Assembly: GCA_000002435.2 (NCBI GenBank)
Contig: CM018792.1
Direction: 5' to 3' (one strand)
DNA length: 64,000 nt
DNA from: Giardia intestinalis
Lineage: Eukaryota
The translations under genes were made by a program, and so were the position numbers. A model generated the notes under the pieces. That model did not search any database. It saw only the letters and a program-made list of their open reading frames with translations, and was not told the DNA's origin. Position 1 is the stretch's first letter. Every line of letters begins with the position of its first letter. This document shows, piece by piece, positions 52,001 through 61,000 of this stretch.

Positions 52001-52484
52001 ATCTGTCCTTCCTCAAATAACAACTCTCTCTACGTACTCATTTGTTCCCACCGACGAACTTGTTGCCTATCTTGAGCATAAGGAAGATACTGACCAGGCC
52101 AAAGCCAATACCGCTGACAAAGATAAGAAGGTAAAGGCACCCCCTCCAAAGAAGAAGGACGCCGAGCCTGTCGTTAAGACCGCGGAGCCCCTAGAGCTCA
52201 CACTGGAGGGAATGCAAGGCCAAGAAAGAGATGACCTATCCACTGTAATTGCAACAGAGATACAAGCCCTTCAAACATTTACGGTTTCAGTAGGAGCGCC
52301 AGCGTCCGAGCGCAAGCAGCCTGTGGTCAAGAAGACCGATTCAAAGAAAGATAAAAATGTGCCGGAGCCTGCCTCAACGATTATTGCCGCCTTTAAAGAC
52401 AAGCTAGTAGCCCCCCGTACACAGGCAGCCATAGAATACTTCGATATTGAAATGGTAAGCAAAAAACATAAAAATCAAGGCTGA
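46053..52484 (+). CDS. Giant hypothetical protein (about 2143 aa), Ser/Thr/Pro-rich low-complexity segments, no recognisable domain.
   Basis: Uninterrupted 6.4-kb ORF. The likely ATG is 46053 (MASKKVV, preceded by an AT-rich tract); the track's upstream start at 45993 would abut the divergent SERF gene. Confidence 0.5.
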   Translation: MASKKVVPQTSDLLREISTLDLQKQQASTELMSYTTLLASPAEAPVVVVDMANFINFSNLGDKLTVKHPYSNIPGDVRMQQKSGTKGPSSSGPSSSPTNTTQLIFPPFVQFQSNLRTLSLISGDVPPPSSAPSMVSEAAFISSYVVDTFTKLYSELLVYDPQESQLPIPAQLPYSLASFRVYTLVPFFLSRFKHYSVSVYFQGKDPSRDLLVASPLETLVPGVKEKSSTLFTALNIDKNPLYIPVTNYTRIEQGSESGTTGTADSTPTNDAESYYYHPHLVDVEAAGVKYRSTANWASVLAMGMDCMAVNPYSFLLTPFSSFVQISIPFDKSFTPDALQLFLQCTDKEVSPNMVTLIEFPTLFGVIRDRIRKHFLLSENQGAGVRSPLLHSLIDDLNKIDSPSPSQDSHRGSYRESMHKDDSSVDENTKRYSMNLGGDSFQATSSVKATSLTVKDTFASLYEPKPGVESTFLLDLFESVIQDEARLQTPLSLGVIDVLSMEKAEYKPKELFSKPPSRFLADENIPARSADSRPTILSRNACASGAAPRSLRSLLNSSDSSMNSSMMSADSSPFDALEEYNPDLIFVKLWVSDPVLAVILSDQFTDHEEDFLQTYATERQLKLYRMLEKKHPRKYNNGRYNVGSTEGASASGPIIIGMTATDMSTTQGGMGRGSYLGEAGHNCSLRNSGIGGNSGIPVSLQNNSVMLPHPTHGPTASIYTGKTSRTRMTAKEAAERRRLLKLERMRSKIYECNQNYLPGRKLTMYKDYDPANFPLGKPEAPWNSVNKGETAIDILKVDMATLRTMDRNELTVALDTQEKMMKTISLLPRLREASEAKAKRLPDKNSSVGSSIIDREASARSDKRCTHQESTKGQQPNDCLAPTPRLGDNLANSSQANPLTSLLDAPEVQIGSRIDEEEKPKKSKKSKYIRGYRVIDETEAYANKNHVYEQVHCDVGSEDSLFNDDQQRSTDMSYCVVRLTTLLDLASGALVLNLQQLPRSVCAYEPYIPEYPSLYGDAKIVGKRSPSTNKLGQAATKQIDLPESKTTMSVKESAHASQHQILFEAATTGRPVWRPKIISYDSSQSNADVKQQVKPSANAGSLAGGAKRPLEPAKQAALSQQECPLQQEDIESQADGVGSTLLPQSNILNTAAVSVIGEKDKTFLPTIKKIQTASMLPTLQLYHFTATLLRKNTKDVSLKQDTPSDVHGVSHDISPLHTSNVALPSLCINGVSQDGCSERSQQDPENLLLELCDPSPERLLKPRKIKSTGNIHWDLDNWLSSESLILTFNADYLPVVAQTSELTSQRDSSAICFMEVVFYFMQNERVFATQRRGLSVLTVDVIKEYCMNTRLPANISELDRYDLTLLFSISFHSVPVPHPMTLLARLEEASKTLEAVAPSATKPSSRSVSASSQGKGSATGVQEQNSSDYWMIDAVQESRFLLEKQLDVDLIEAKFSLDLLPFVQSSHGANVSISALQRYTGEVGIANLKLKSYDLTDQNQGSDPSEKVRQDQENHSPCLQVQSIVTQGVLTGMMGVVALFEIDTSGPHSARPVQTPIAVAPTNVSAPMSTQDQVDPSTGNEKPNTGADPAISFNISSRADHTILSKVSDTTFVRLIPCFRDGVPAGATIYIYALDDNSAILYKRVPICINGSLVQSVADLIIPTEHKTFIILEGYSIFQAATDLKSKTPSPSGLLPFKFSMITISDSYVDIQPLRINSNLFQLRSPLKLNGDDKSTVELKFSIPGGYCFAELGLVAIPCKPSKVDEQPNADVPPDVDNNVAPYNPMTDAPTTGEVYQSTEEDILPINIFHKPLLPVFETTQNAPRSKGSPQKKVAEEDVNVKVTTDIRDVLKDDATRMAECTTKLIPFLCSGCPLNSRRVCLINIPPSGVVALNVFVPEEVGMKYEEVSMHVQAFTFLGANDAPPAQTDAKGKLVDPVPNAISACQANLNEWILQRLCTSIWSRTRVLQGEELLTRASYLQSAASVLPQITTLSTYSFVPTDELVAYLEHKEDTDQAKANTADKDKKVKAPPPKKKDAEPVVKTAEPLELTLEGMQGQERDDLSTVIATEIQALQTFTVSVGAPASERKQPVVKKTDSKKDKNVPEPASTIIAAFKDKLVAPRTQAAIEYFDIEMVSKKHKNQG

Positions 52485-52536
52485 AAACTTTGAGTCTTCA
52501 AGAGTATCTTCGAGATAGAAGTGTGCAGTTAGTACC

Positions 52537-53559
52537 ATGCTAACCACGCCTTCAGAGCTTACTATGCAGTCTGCAATTGATGTTTTCAACGAGCAGACAC
52601 GTGACTTGCCGAGGGACCAGATCTATGATGCAAAGGACTGCGATTCCGTGAGCTCCCATATCACCAGAGAAGTCCCTCTGGGCTCCATAAGAACAAATGG
52701 CCCTGCTTCATCCGCCTCTCAAGACGAGATCAGTGCCAAAGACCTGTGCAGTGCCATTTGTGGGTGTCTGTGGGTCTACAAGGCGCGGAGACTTGCACGA
52801 GCTGCTACTATAGAGAAGTATACTGATAAGGCGTCTGTTGTGACCAGGCCCCGTCCGCCTGCGAGGCTCATCCGACACATGGTCGACGAGCACAGGAAGT
52901 ATGCAGAGGAGCCTATCACTGCAACGTCTCCCCTCTTTACTGTTGGTAATGGTGTCGGAACTTGCGACTTGCCTCCTCAATTCGCCTATTTCTTCCAGTT
53001 TTCACATCTAAGCGCCACCAGAAACCTTCTCTGCCTGGATTTGGACGAGACCCTCGTGTGCTCCAAGCAACGGACTCCGCAGACCCGTGAGACTGAAGAC
53101 TTTTACGTCGTAGTAGAGCAGCGAGGGAAGCGCTACGAATTCTCCGTTATTAAGCGACCTGGACTGGATGTCTTCCTGGTCAGTTTGGCTGAGCTCTACG
53201 ACTTAGCAATTTTTACGTATGCCATCAAAGAGTATGGAGACAAGATTGTGAACATCATTGATCCGAACAGGCTAATTAAGTACAGAATGTACAGGCAGCA
53301 TTGCGTCAAGTATCTTGTCGATAAGCGACACGTCATTGTCAAGGATCTGAGTAGAGTAGGCAAGCCCCACAGCAGTATTCTTCTCATAGATAACAGTGCT
53401 AGTACAGGAATATGGCAGCGCAACAACTTTCTCTTGGTGCCGTCGTTCTATGGCGACGAACGGGACAAGGTGCTCTATGAACTCAAGGAGCTATTGGAGG
53501 GGATCAGTAAGTGCAAAGACTTTTATACAGAGATCCAGAGCCTTCGATCTGTCATGTAA
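52537..53559 (+). CDS. NLI-interacting-factor / FCP1-SCP-type CTD phosphatase (HAD superfamily).
   Basis: Catalytic DxDxT motif (LCLDLDETLV) and the conserved downstream motifs (FTYAIKEYGDKIVNIIDP, VKDLSRVGKPHSSILLIDNS). Confidence 0.75.
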   Translation: MLTTPSELTMQSAIDVFNEQTRDLPRDQIYDAKDCDSVSSHITREVPLGSIRTNGPASSASQDEISAKDLCSAICGCLWVYKARRLARAATIEKYTDKASVVTRPRPPARLIRHMVDEHRKYAEEPITATSPLFTVGNGVGTCDLPPQFAYFFQFSHLSATRNLLCLDLDETLVCSKQRTPQTRETEDFYVVVEQRGKRYEFSVIKRPGLDVFLVSLAELYDLAIFTYAIKEYGDKIVNIIDPNRLIKYRMYRQHCVKYLVDKRHVIVKDLSRVGKPHSSILLIDNSASTGIWQRNNFLLVPSFYGDERDKVLYELKELLEGISKCKDFYTEIQSLRSVM

Positions 53560-53585
53560 ACCCTTAGCGAGCCCCAAATTAAAAA

Positions 53586-53909
53586 ATGGCAGACGTCTCC
53601 TTCGTTTCGGAAGAGGTGAATAGTATAGTCAAGGATACAATAGAGCAAGTGATAGGCTCAACGTCATATAACCACAGCAAGGTTACACAGCTTACTGACC
53701 AGGTCATTGACGAAGTCCTGAAGAAGCTTGTTGCCCAGAAGAAACCATACAAGTATCTAGTGTCATGCACGCTCATGCAGAAAACTGGCGCAGGCCTACA
53801 TACGGGATGCTCGGCCTACTGGGACACAACGACTGACGGGGTTGCTGTTGTTAGATGGGAGAATCGGTCAATGTATTGTGTCATGACAATCTTCGGAGTC
53901 AGCATTTAA
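53586..53909 (+). CDS. Tctex-1 family dynein light chain (DYNLT), copy 1.
   Basis: FVSEEVNSIVKDTIEQVIGSTSYNHSKVTQLTDQVIDEVLKKL...KPYKYLVSCTLMQKTGAGLHTGCSAYWDTTTDGVAVVRWENRSMYCVMTIFGVSI is collinear with human DYNLT1. Confidence 0.88.
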   Translation: MADVSFVSEEVNSIVKDTIEQVIGSTSYNHSKVTQLTDQVIDEVLKKLVAQKKPYKYLVSCTLMQKTGAGLHTGCSAYWDTTTDGVAVVRWENRSMYCVMTIFGVSI

Positions 53910-54019
53910 GTGTCACTGTACCACGGGATCTACAGAAGTGCTATCATTACCATTGCTGCGCCGGGTCTGGGGTCGGTCTCTTTGCAGCAATGGCGGGTGG
54001 TACTGTTAAATAAAAAGCT

Positions 54020-54343
54020 ATGGCCGAAATTTCCTTTGTTTCAGAGGAAGTAAACGGGATTGTCAAGGACACGCTGGATACGATGCTTGGTCAGGTCACA
54101 TATCAACAAAGCAAGATGACCCAGCTTACCGAGAGTGTCATCGACGAGGTCCTGAAGAGACTCGTGGCTCTCAAAAAGCCGTACAAGTATCTGGTATCAT
54201 GTGTCCTGATGCAGAAGATGGGTGCAGGACTCCACTCATCTGCGGCTGAGATGTGGGATACCACAACAGACGGCTATGCCCACGTTAGGTGGGACAACAA
54301 AACTATGTTCTGTTTCCTCACGGTCTTCGGAGTAAGCATCTAG
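54020..54343 (+). CDS. Tctex-1 family dynein light chain (DYNLT), copy 2. Tandem paralog about 65-70% identical to copy 1.
   Basis: Same length (107 aa) and the same motifs: MAEISFVSEEVNGIVKDTLD...KPYKYLVSCVLMQKMGAGLHSSAAEMWDTTTDGYAHVRWDNKTMFCFLTVFGVSI. Confidence 0.88.
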   Translation: MAEISFVSEEVNGIVKDTLDTMLGQVTYQQSKMTQLTESVIDEVLKRLVALKKPYKYLVSCVLMQKMGAGLHSSAAEMWDTTTDGYAHVRWDNKTMFCFLTVFGVSI

Positions 54344-54493
54344 CTCCAGCTCCACCCAAGTAAACAGGGCCTGAGAGAGGACGCAGACCGCGATTGCCGC
54401 CGCCTCCGCATGGCTCGTTAGCACAAAAGCCGGACACCATCGGCGCGTCGCGCTTACGGTTTACTCGTGCTTTACTCGAAGCAGCGTCGACGC

Positions 54494-54790
54494 TCACATC
54501 CACTCGAGCTTGACCATCGTGTTAGCCGGGACAGAAAGCCAAATTTGGAAGTGGTCTTCCTCTGCTTGATACGGAACCTCGTCCATGCTGAAGTCCTGCT
54601 CGTCGATTCGAACTGTGAATGAGCGTATTGTTGGCTGGTTCAGCTTCACCAGTATTTCTGCTGTATGGTCGACGGAGAACTTCTGATACCCGTTATCAGC
54701 GTTGGCGTTGATGCGCAAAACATAGCTATCCGGATCCAGCTCTGAATGGAGAACATGGTACGTGCCGTAGTTGTTGAAGTTGATGGGCAT
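54494..54790 (-). CDS. Hypothetical small protein (98 aa), no domain recognised.
   Basis: ORF from the track. Coding-like but unannotatable. See the note about a 1-nt discrepancy near its start. Confidence 0.3.
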   Translation of the reverse strand: MPINFNNYGTYHVLHSELDPDSYVLRINANADNGYQKFSVDHTAEILVKLNQPTIRSFTVRIDEQDFSMDEVPYQAEEDHFQIWLSVPANTMVKLEWM

Positions 54791-54939
54791 GCGGACAGAC
54801 GAGAGAACTTTTTATCGAAAGGGATTTTTAAAAGGGGTTTTTATTTTAATGCCATTTTAGCGGAATTTGCTTTTGCGCCGGTTGCTGAGCCGGTGGAGAT
54901 GTGATATAATGCGGCAGAATACTGCTCTTAACGCTCAGC

Positions 54940-55299
54940 TCAGCCAATATACTGACAGAAGTGTATCCCCACAGTTGCGTGGGAGGGCGCAACAATCTCA
55001 AAGCTGCTAAATCCATCCTTAACCTCTGGTCTATAGTACTCTAGCTCCTGGTAGACATCATTGACGCAAACAGTAAGCCTTTTCAGAACCTCTGTCCCTA
55101 TCAGCACTTTGAGCTTGGTGTATGTACTTATTGTAAAACGAATATAGCCCTCTTCTCCTAATGATCTAAGGGCCAACTGGGCCCCCCTCTGCTCCACGGA
55201 ATCAAGCCCATCCACTTCCAAAATATCAAGAGACATGAGTGAATTTTTTGATGCAAGACTATTTACATTCCACCACCTTCGCCCACCGAGGTAAATCAC
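54940..55299 (-). CDS. Hypothetical ORF (119 aa; first codon GTG) directly abutting the stop of the NEK kinase. It could be a separate small gene, a frameshifted C-terminal extension, or noise.
   Basis: Track ORF. The GTG at 55299 lies immediately after the kinase TGA (55296-55298). No recognisable motif. Confidence 0.2.
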   Translation of the reverse strand: MIYLGGRRWWNVNSLASKNSLMSLDILEVDGLDSVEQRGAQLALRSLGEEGYIRFTISTYTKLKVLIGTEVLKRLTVCVNDVYQELEYYRPEVKDGFSSFEIVAPSHATVGIHFCQYIG

Positions 55300-57992
55300 C
55301 TGACAGTATTGAACCTGTCCTCACAGTATATCAGGCTAACGATAGTATTGATAAAGCCCACATTAGTCTCTCCGATGATGCCTACTATTACGTTTTGGTT
55401 AAGATCGTCTTCGCCGCCTTGCTCAGTATTGGTACGTATGTACTGATACGCTTTGACAAAGTTTGTGAGACCCAGCTCACCCTCTAGAAGGATCCGCAGG
55501 CGCTCCATACGCTGACTGATGGACTCCTCGGTGGTTTCGGCCCGCAGCATTTTCATCATGTTAGCCGCCTTCTCCGCTTTGTCCAAAGATCCTGGGCCAC
55601 CATTCCCATCAGGTGCGTTTGGATTGAAGTATGGATCTTCAAAGTCGCTATCGCTATCCTTTTCGTCCAAACATGCAAGGGCATTCTTGTCATCAGTTTG
55701 GCCCGTTGGTTGAACAGCTGGTTCCTGCACAGATGGAACATCACAGAGACGCCTTCCCTTCGCTGACAGGTTTTCTTTGATCTCATCCACAGGGGGCTGA
55801 GCACGCTGCTCCCCGCGCTTTAGCTCCTGTTCTCTTCTCCTCTCTGCGATCATCCTTCGCATGGCATCCCGCTGTTCCTCAAGCTTCCTTTGCTGCTCCG
55901 TGCGCTCTTCATGATTACGCGGATCATTGCGGTTCTGTACTCCGGGATCCATTATTTTGGGAGGTAGAAGGGATTCCATGCCCCCTTTGGAAGGATTGGC
56001 TTCGCTGCCAGCATTAGCTGGTCCGTTGGAAATGCGAAATAACCTCTCCTTCTCACGATCCTCTGCTGCCTGAGCAGCTTTACGCTTTTCCTCCATCTGC
56101 TTTTCATACTCTCTGTTCCTTTTTTCCCATTCAGCTCTTTGCTTTTCTTTGGCTTCACGAATACGACGCTCTTGCTCTTCTTTTTGCCTTTGAACTTTGT
56201 TGTGGGCCTCCATGAGCTCACGCTCCCTTGCGTCTTTAGCTTGTTCTTTTAACGGGGCTGGGGCCAGCTGACGCTTTACTTCTTGCTGATGCCTACGCTG
56301 TTCCTCAATGTTTCGGCGTATAGCTTGGTCACGTTGTTGTTGTTGTTGTTGTTGTTGTTGCTGCTGCTGCTGCTGACGTGTAGGAGATTGGGAAATACTG
56401 GGTGCTTGTGATTGTCGAGACGGCTGAGGCTGCTGGGCTGCCACTGGTCTATTGATGAAATCTTGAAGGTCAGCGAACTTGGCATCGAGCATGTCCGCAG
56501 ACGGTGCATGCCCCGCTCCTGGAGCGCCAGATGCTTGTTGCGCCTGTTTCTTGGCAAAGGGGTTACCCTGCACAGCATGATACCCGCGGTTTTCCTGCTG
56601 AGCCGCATGGTATTTGATATAATCTTGACGGACCTTCTCTTGAGCGCGCGCTTGATCCTCCTGATAGCGGCGGCGTTGCTCCTCGATACGTTGCTTTTCC
56701 TGGCGCACTATCTCATCGTAACTAAGTTTGTTGTTCACCTGAACGACTGGTGGAGCTCCTGGTACACCGACTGCAATGGCCCCTGGCATAATGCCAGGTT
56801 GCTTCACATTGGACTGGTACTGGTTGACAGGAGGTGGCGGTCGTTGATTATTCTTGATTGCCATAGCAGCAACCTCCGCCGCAGACAGCTTCTGATTTGC
56901 TGCCGGTGGCTGATATCCCCCGTTGGGATTGAAGTACATTGGTTTGTTCTGCTGCGATGGTGGTGGAGGCGGATGTGCGGACGGGGGACCATGTCTCGAC
57001 GCAGGTTGCCTCCCAGCGCTGCTGGCTTCTGAAGAAGCGTCGTCTTTCGGCGGGACTCCACTAACGGGCTTGCCGGGAATACCAACACGCCCAGCTCCAA
57101 ATCCAACGAGAGCGTTTCCACGGCCATGGATGATAGTATGGGAGAACTCCTCGTTCCAATAATCCTCTGGCAAGAGCCTTCTTATACGTTCCTGGAGAAA
57201 CGGAAGCTTCAGGATCTGATTCACGCTCGGGCGTTTATTGGGGTCTTTTTGAAGCATACGGTCAAGCACCTCCCTAAGATTTCGGCTGTATGTGTTTGAT
57301 ATGGGTTGGTACTGACCGCGAAGAATCTTGACAACAAGCCCTTTCATATTCTGGGCTTCAAATGCGTGCTGTAGGGTACAGATCTCATAGAGCACACACC
57401 CAAGAGACCATATGTCAGATTTATTGTTATACGGCTTGTCCTCGCAGAGCTCTGGGCTCAAGTAGTATGGAGTACCGATGGCTGTTCTCGCGCACTCCAG
57501 TGTTGATTGTAAGATCTTGGCTATGCCGAAGTCCCCCAGCTTTACTGTTTTGCGAGACCTGTCGTTCTCATCTGTACACAGAAAGATGTTCTGTGTCTTC
57601 AAATCTCGATGAAGAATCTTGCGATCGTGAACATGCTTGAGCGCCATGCATATCTGAACAAACCAGTCCCAGATCTGGTCCTCTGGGAACAATGAGTTTT
57701 TCATCTTTTGGCGCTTTATAGCATCTGTAAGATCACCGGCATCTGCATATTCCATCACAATGTGAAGGTACCTGGTGTCTGCGAACGATTCGTGGTAGCC
57801 GACTATGTACGGATGCTTGAGCTTAGAGAGTATTTTGGCCTCGGTAAGTGCTTCCTCGCGCTCCCTGGGTTTCAGCGGCGCAATGTGGATAACTTTCATG
57901 ACATATTTAATCCCCGTGCTCTTTTCCTGCGCTAGCACAGCCCTGCCAAAAGATCCCTTGCCTAGAACCTTAAGCTCCTTGTAGCGTTCCAT
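55296..57992 (-). CDS. NEK (NIMA-related) Ser/Thr protein kinase with a long low-complexity coiled-coil/poly-Q C-terminal tail, 898 aa.
   Basis: Complete catalytic domain: GKGSFGRAVL (G-loop), VMKVI (VAIK), HRDLKTQNIFL, DFGIAK, GTPYYLSPE. The tail is rich in E/R/K/Q with Q14 and heptad-like EKQR repeats. Confidence 0.85.
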   Translation of the reverse strand: MERYKELKVLGKGSFGRAVLAQEKSTGIKYVMKVIHIAPLKPREREEALTEAKILSKLKHPYIVGYHESFADTRYLHIVMEYADAGDLTDAIKRQKMKNSLFPEDQIWDWFVQICMALKHVHDRKILHRDLKTQNIFLCTDENDRSRKTVKLGDFGIAKILQSTLECARTAIGTPYYLSPELCEDKPYNNKSDIWSLGCVLYEICTLQHAFEAQNMKGLVVKILRGQYQPISNTYSRNLREVLDRMLQKDPNKRPSVNQILKLPFLQERIRRLLPEDYWNEEFSHTIIHGRGNALVGFGAGRVGIPGKPVSGVPPKDDASSEASSAGRQPASRHGPPSAHPPPPPSQQNKPMYFNPNGGYQPPAANQKLSAAEVAAMAIKNNQRPPPPVNQYQSNVKQPGIMPGAIAVGVPGAPPVVQVNNKLSYDEIVRQEKQRIEEQRRRYQEDQARAQEKVRQDYIKYHAAQQENRGYHAVQGNPFAKKQAQQASGAPGAGHAPSADMLDAKFADLQDFINRPVAAQQPQPSRQSQAPSISQSPTRQQQQQQQQQQQQQQRDQAIRRNIEEQRRHQQEVKRQLAPAPLKEQAKDARERELMEAHNKVQRQKEEQERRIREAKEKQRAEWEKRNREYEKQMEEKRKAAQAAEDREKERLFRISNGPANAGSEANPSKGGMESLLPPKIMDPGVQNRNDPRNHEERTEQQRKLEEQRDAMRRMIAERRREQELKRGEQRAQPPVDEIKENLSAKGRRLCDVPSVQEPAVQPTGQTDDKNALACLDEKDSDSDFEDPYFNPNAPDGNGGPGSLDKAEKAANMMKMLRAETTEESISQRMERLRILLEGELGLTNFVKAYQYIRTNTEQGGEDDLNQNVIVGIIGETNVGFINTIVSLIYCEDRFNTVR
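56335..56375. repeat. In-frame (TTG)9(CTG)5 trinucleotide microsatellite, CAA/CAG on the coding strand, encoding the poly-Q run of the NEK kinase.
   Basis: gttgttgttgttgttgttgttgttgctgctgctgctgctg. Confidence 0.8.
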
Positions 57993-58042
57993 GAAGCCTC
58001 AGGAATTTTATAAACTAGAATTTTGCATTTAGATTAGTAAAA

Positions 58043-61000
58043 ATGAAGTTTTTTAAGACAGCGTGCTGCCTAGTTGGCTTTCTTGCAAGTGTCTCAACAG
58101 ACGCGCATCCGGATGAGGTAGCATCAACTGGCAAAACTCATTATTTTAAGAAGTCCCTTTCGAAGCCTTTATTGAGAACATCCTTTGATATTAAAGAGTC
58201 CAATCGCTGCAAATGGAATGAGGTCTATGTGCACGAAAAGTGTGTACCTCGCGAGTGTGTCTATGAAGGTGTTGAATGTAATAGCCGCGGAGTTTGTCAG
58301 CAAGGGCACGGAGATAGTTATCGCTGTCACTGTGATGATGACATGCATTATCTTCCTGACTGGGGGTGTGTTCCCACTCCTTGCATCGGCGACACCCCTA
58401 TACCATGTCAGGGTGGTATCTGTTCAGAGGTTCTTGCGGGTCTCTATGCATGTGAATGCCTTCCGGGGATGGTTTTTGCAGGGTACTGCGCTATTCCGAC
58501 GTGTATACAGCATCCAGAGCAAGGGGTCTGCTCTAGAGTTGGCGTCTGTGCAGATACCTGCCAATGCCCGCCTTTGCATGCAGGAGACTATTGTGAGATG
58601 TGCACAAATGACGCGCAGATGGTGGGAGGGAAGTGTATTTCTCACGCATGCATCGATACATCTGGCTTGGTCTGCAGTGGTCGAGGCATCTGTGCTGGTG
58701 TCAATCCCAATTTCTATTGTGCTTGTAACGAAAATTACATAGCCATAAACTCATCGACTTGCGTACATCGAAACTGCATAGATGCAAGTTATGAGCCCCT
58801 TGTTTGTCATGGACATGGAGAATGTATAGACAACAGATGCTCTTGTGATGACCAGTGGTGGGGATCTTTTTGTGAGCGTCCTGCCGAACCATGTATGCCA
58901 ACCGAAGTCTTTGTGGACGGGAGTTGCTTTCCTAGGTCCTGTGTGGTTGAAAACAGCATCTGTAATACGCACGGCGATTGTATTGGTGGAGTGTGCCACT
59001 GTTACACCTACGCTTCCGCCCATTCTACGTTATTATGCTATCCAACAACTTGCCTATTTGACAGAAACGGGTATATGGTTCCATGCCCCCATGGACAATG
59101 CACGTATGAGAGCCAAATGCTAGGATATCAATGTAGATGCTATAATGGTTATGTAAAGATAGACAAAGAATGTCAGCCTTCCTATTGTGTCTCAGATATT
59201 TATCAATCTAAAGCATCCTTGTGTGGCGGCGTTGGCTTCTGTGATCTAGACCATGGATGTCTTTGTCCTCAATCCATTACTGGCCGGTACTGTACTCTAA
59301 CTACTTTCGCCACTACCTTATCACGTCAGTTTCCTCGTCTTAATATCTTTGCATTATGTGAGGACGGGTTTTTGCTCATTAATGGGTCATGTGTTTCGAA
59401 AGCCTGTTTAACAGGAGAAAAGGAAGTATGCTATGGAGACCGCGGATACTGTGTTCATACACAAAGGTATGGCTGGGGGTGTCGGTGCTACAGTCACTAT
59501 ACAGGCCCCACCTGCTCTGTGTGCTCTTCTAAGGGGGTTATGATAAATGGTCAGTGCATTCCGGCATTATGTACTGTTTTGCTATCGTCTGGAGATTATG
59601 TTGAATGTGGAGGCCATGGTGTTTGTAATATTTCCACTCAACCCAATGACTCTTCAGATCCTATGGAAGTCATCGTCTGTGTTTGCGATGATTTATCATA
59701 TCCAATAGAGAAAACATGTATTTCTAAAACCTGCATAACGACTAGCCCATTCCTAAAGAGCGACTTTAGAATCATATGCTCTGGCCATGGCGTGTGTGAG
59801 ATTGATAGTTGCCTTTGTTTTGGCGAATACACAGGGCCAGAGTGCTCGTACAGAAATGATCTTATTTGCGTCGACGGATACCAACCCATTGATGGTAAGT
59901 GCGTGCCGTCAGAATGTGTTTACATAGATACGATTTGTGGCGGTCACGGGGAATGCATCTCATTTGAATCCGGGTCCAACTCATGTAAGTGTTATGAGGG
60001 CTTTTCTTTGACCAGTATCTACGGTTGTCAGCCTACCGTTTGCGTTAATTCCGAGGGGCTTCTGTGCAAGGACGGCACATGCGTTCAAATATCCCCAAAT
60101 GCTTATGAGTGCCAATGTCAGGAGGAATATGCAGCATCTCATGGAGAATGCCATCCCCGTGAGTGTGTTGATTGGAATGGAAATCTTTGCAACACAGATC
60201 GCGGTCGCTGCATCTATGATACACGCTTTTCTAGCTTCAGATGCGAGTGCTTAGATGGATATAGCGGTGTCTTCTGTGCACAGTGCTCTAACTATGCTGT
60301 ACGCATCAACGGCGTCTGTGTGCCACCACAATGTTATATAGATGATGGGAACAATGTACATATTTGCGGAGGATTTGGTACGTGCATTTATCAATACAAG
60401 AAGGCGAGCTATTGCGTGTGCGATGATGGAGCAGCAGTTCAGGCCAATGGGCAGTGTGCGTCCTGGGCATGTGTTCAGCCAGGATTGGTAACCAATATGG
60501 CTTGTTCGGGCTTCGGTATTTGCGCTAATGAGCGCTGTATATGTAACTCAATCTTCTATGGAACATATTGCGAGAAAGTTCAACCAAATTGCGGTCCTGC
60601 ACAGATCTTCATTAAAAGTAAGGAGGAATGCATTCCTCTGGTCTGTGTATCAAACGAAACCATATGCAATGATCACGGAGAGTGCATAAGGGGAGAAACG
60701 ACCAATGGGGTCGTTCGTGCCTTTTGTCAGTGTTCACCTGGATATGCTCTTTACAATAACACGTTATGCGTGCCACCTGGATGCATCATACATGGAGAAC
60801 TATGTCCTGATGGTCACTGCACCAATGACCTAATAGCACCCTGCATCTGCGACGATAATTACACATGGACAGGGGTAGAGTGTACACCTAATATATGCTT
60901 GAATGGAAAGGACATGTATGGCAAATACATCATCTGCTCAGCCCGAGGGAGCTGTGACAGCAAACAAGGATGTAATTGTCTGTCTATATATGAAGGAAAG

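Noticed and set aside
54779-54790. Apparent 1-nt discrepancy between my manual reading (gaagtgatgggcat) and the track's 98-aa ORF start (needs gaagttgatgggcat).
   Set aside because: Flanking coordinates on both sides are self-consistent with the track, so this is most likely my own transcription slip in a T-run rather than a genuine frameshift. It is flagged only so the start of the 54494..54790 ORF can be re-checked computationally.
55239-55487. 82-aa plus-strand ORF upstream of the NEK gene.
   Set aside because: Starts at GTG, overlaps the 3' end of the kinase on the opposite strand, and has no motif. Probably noise.
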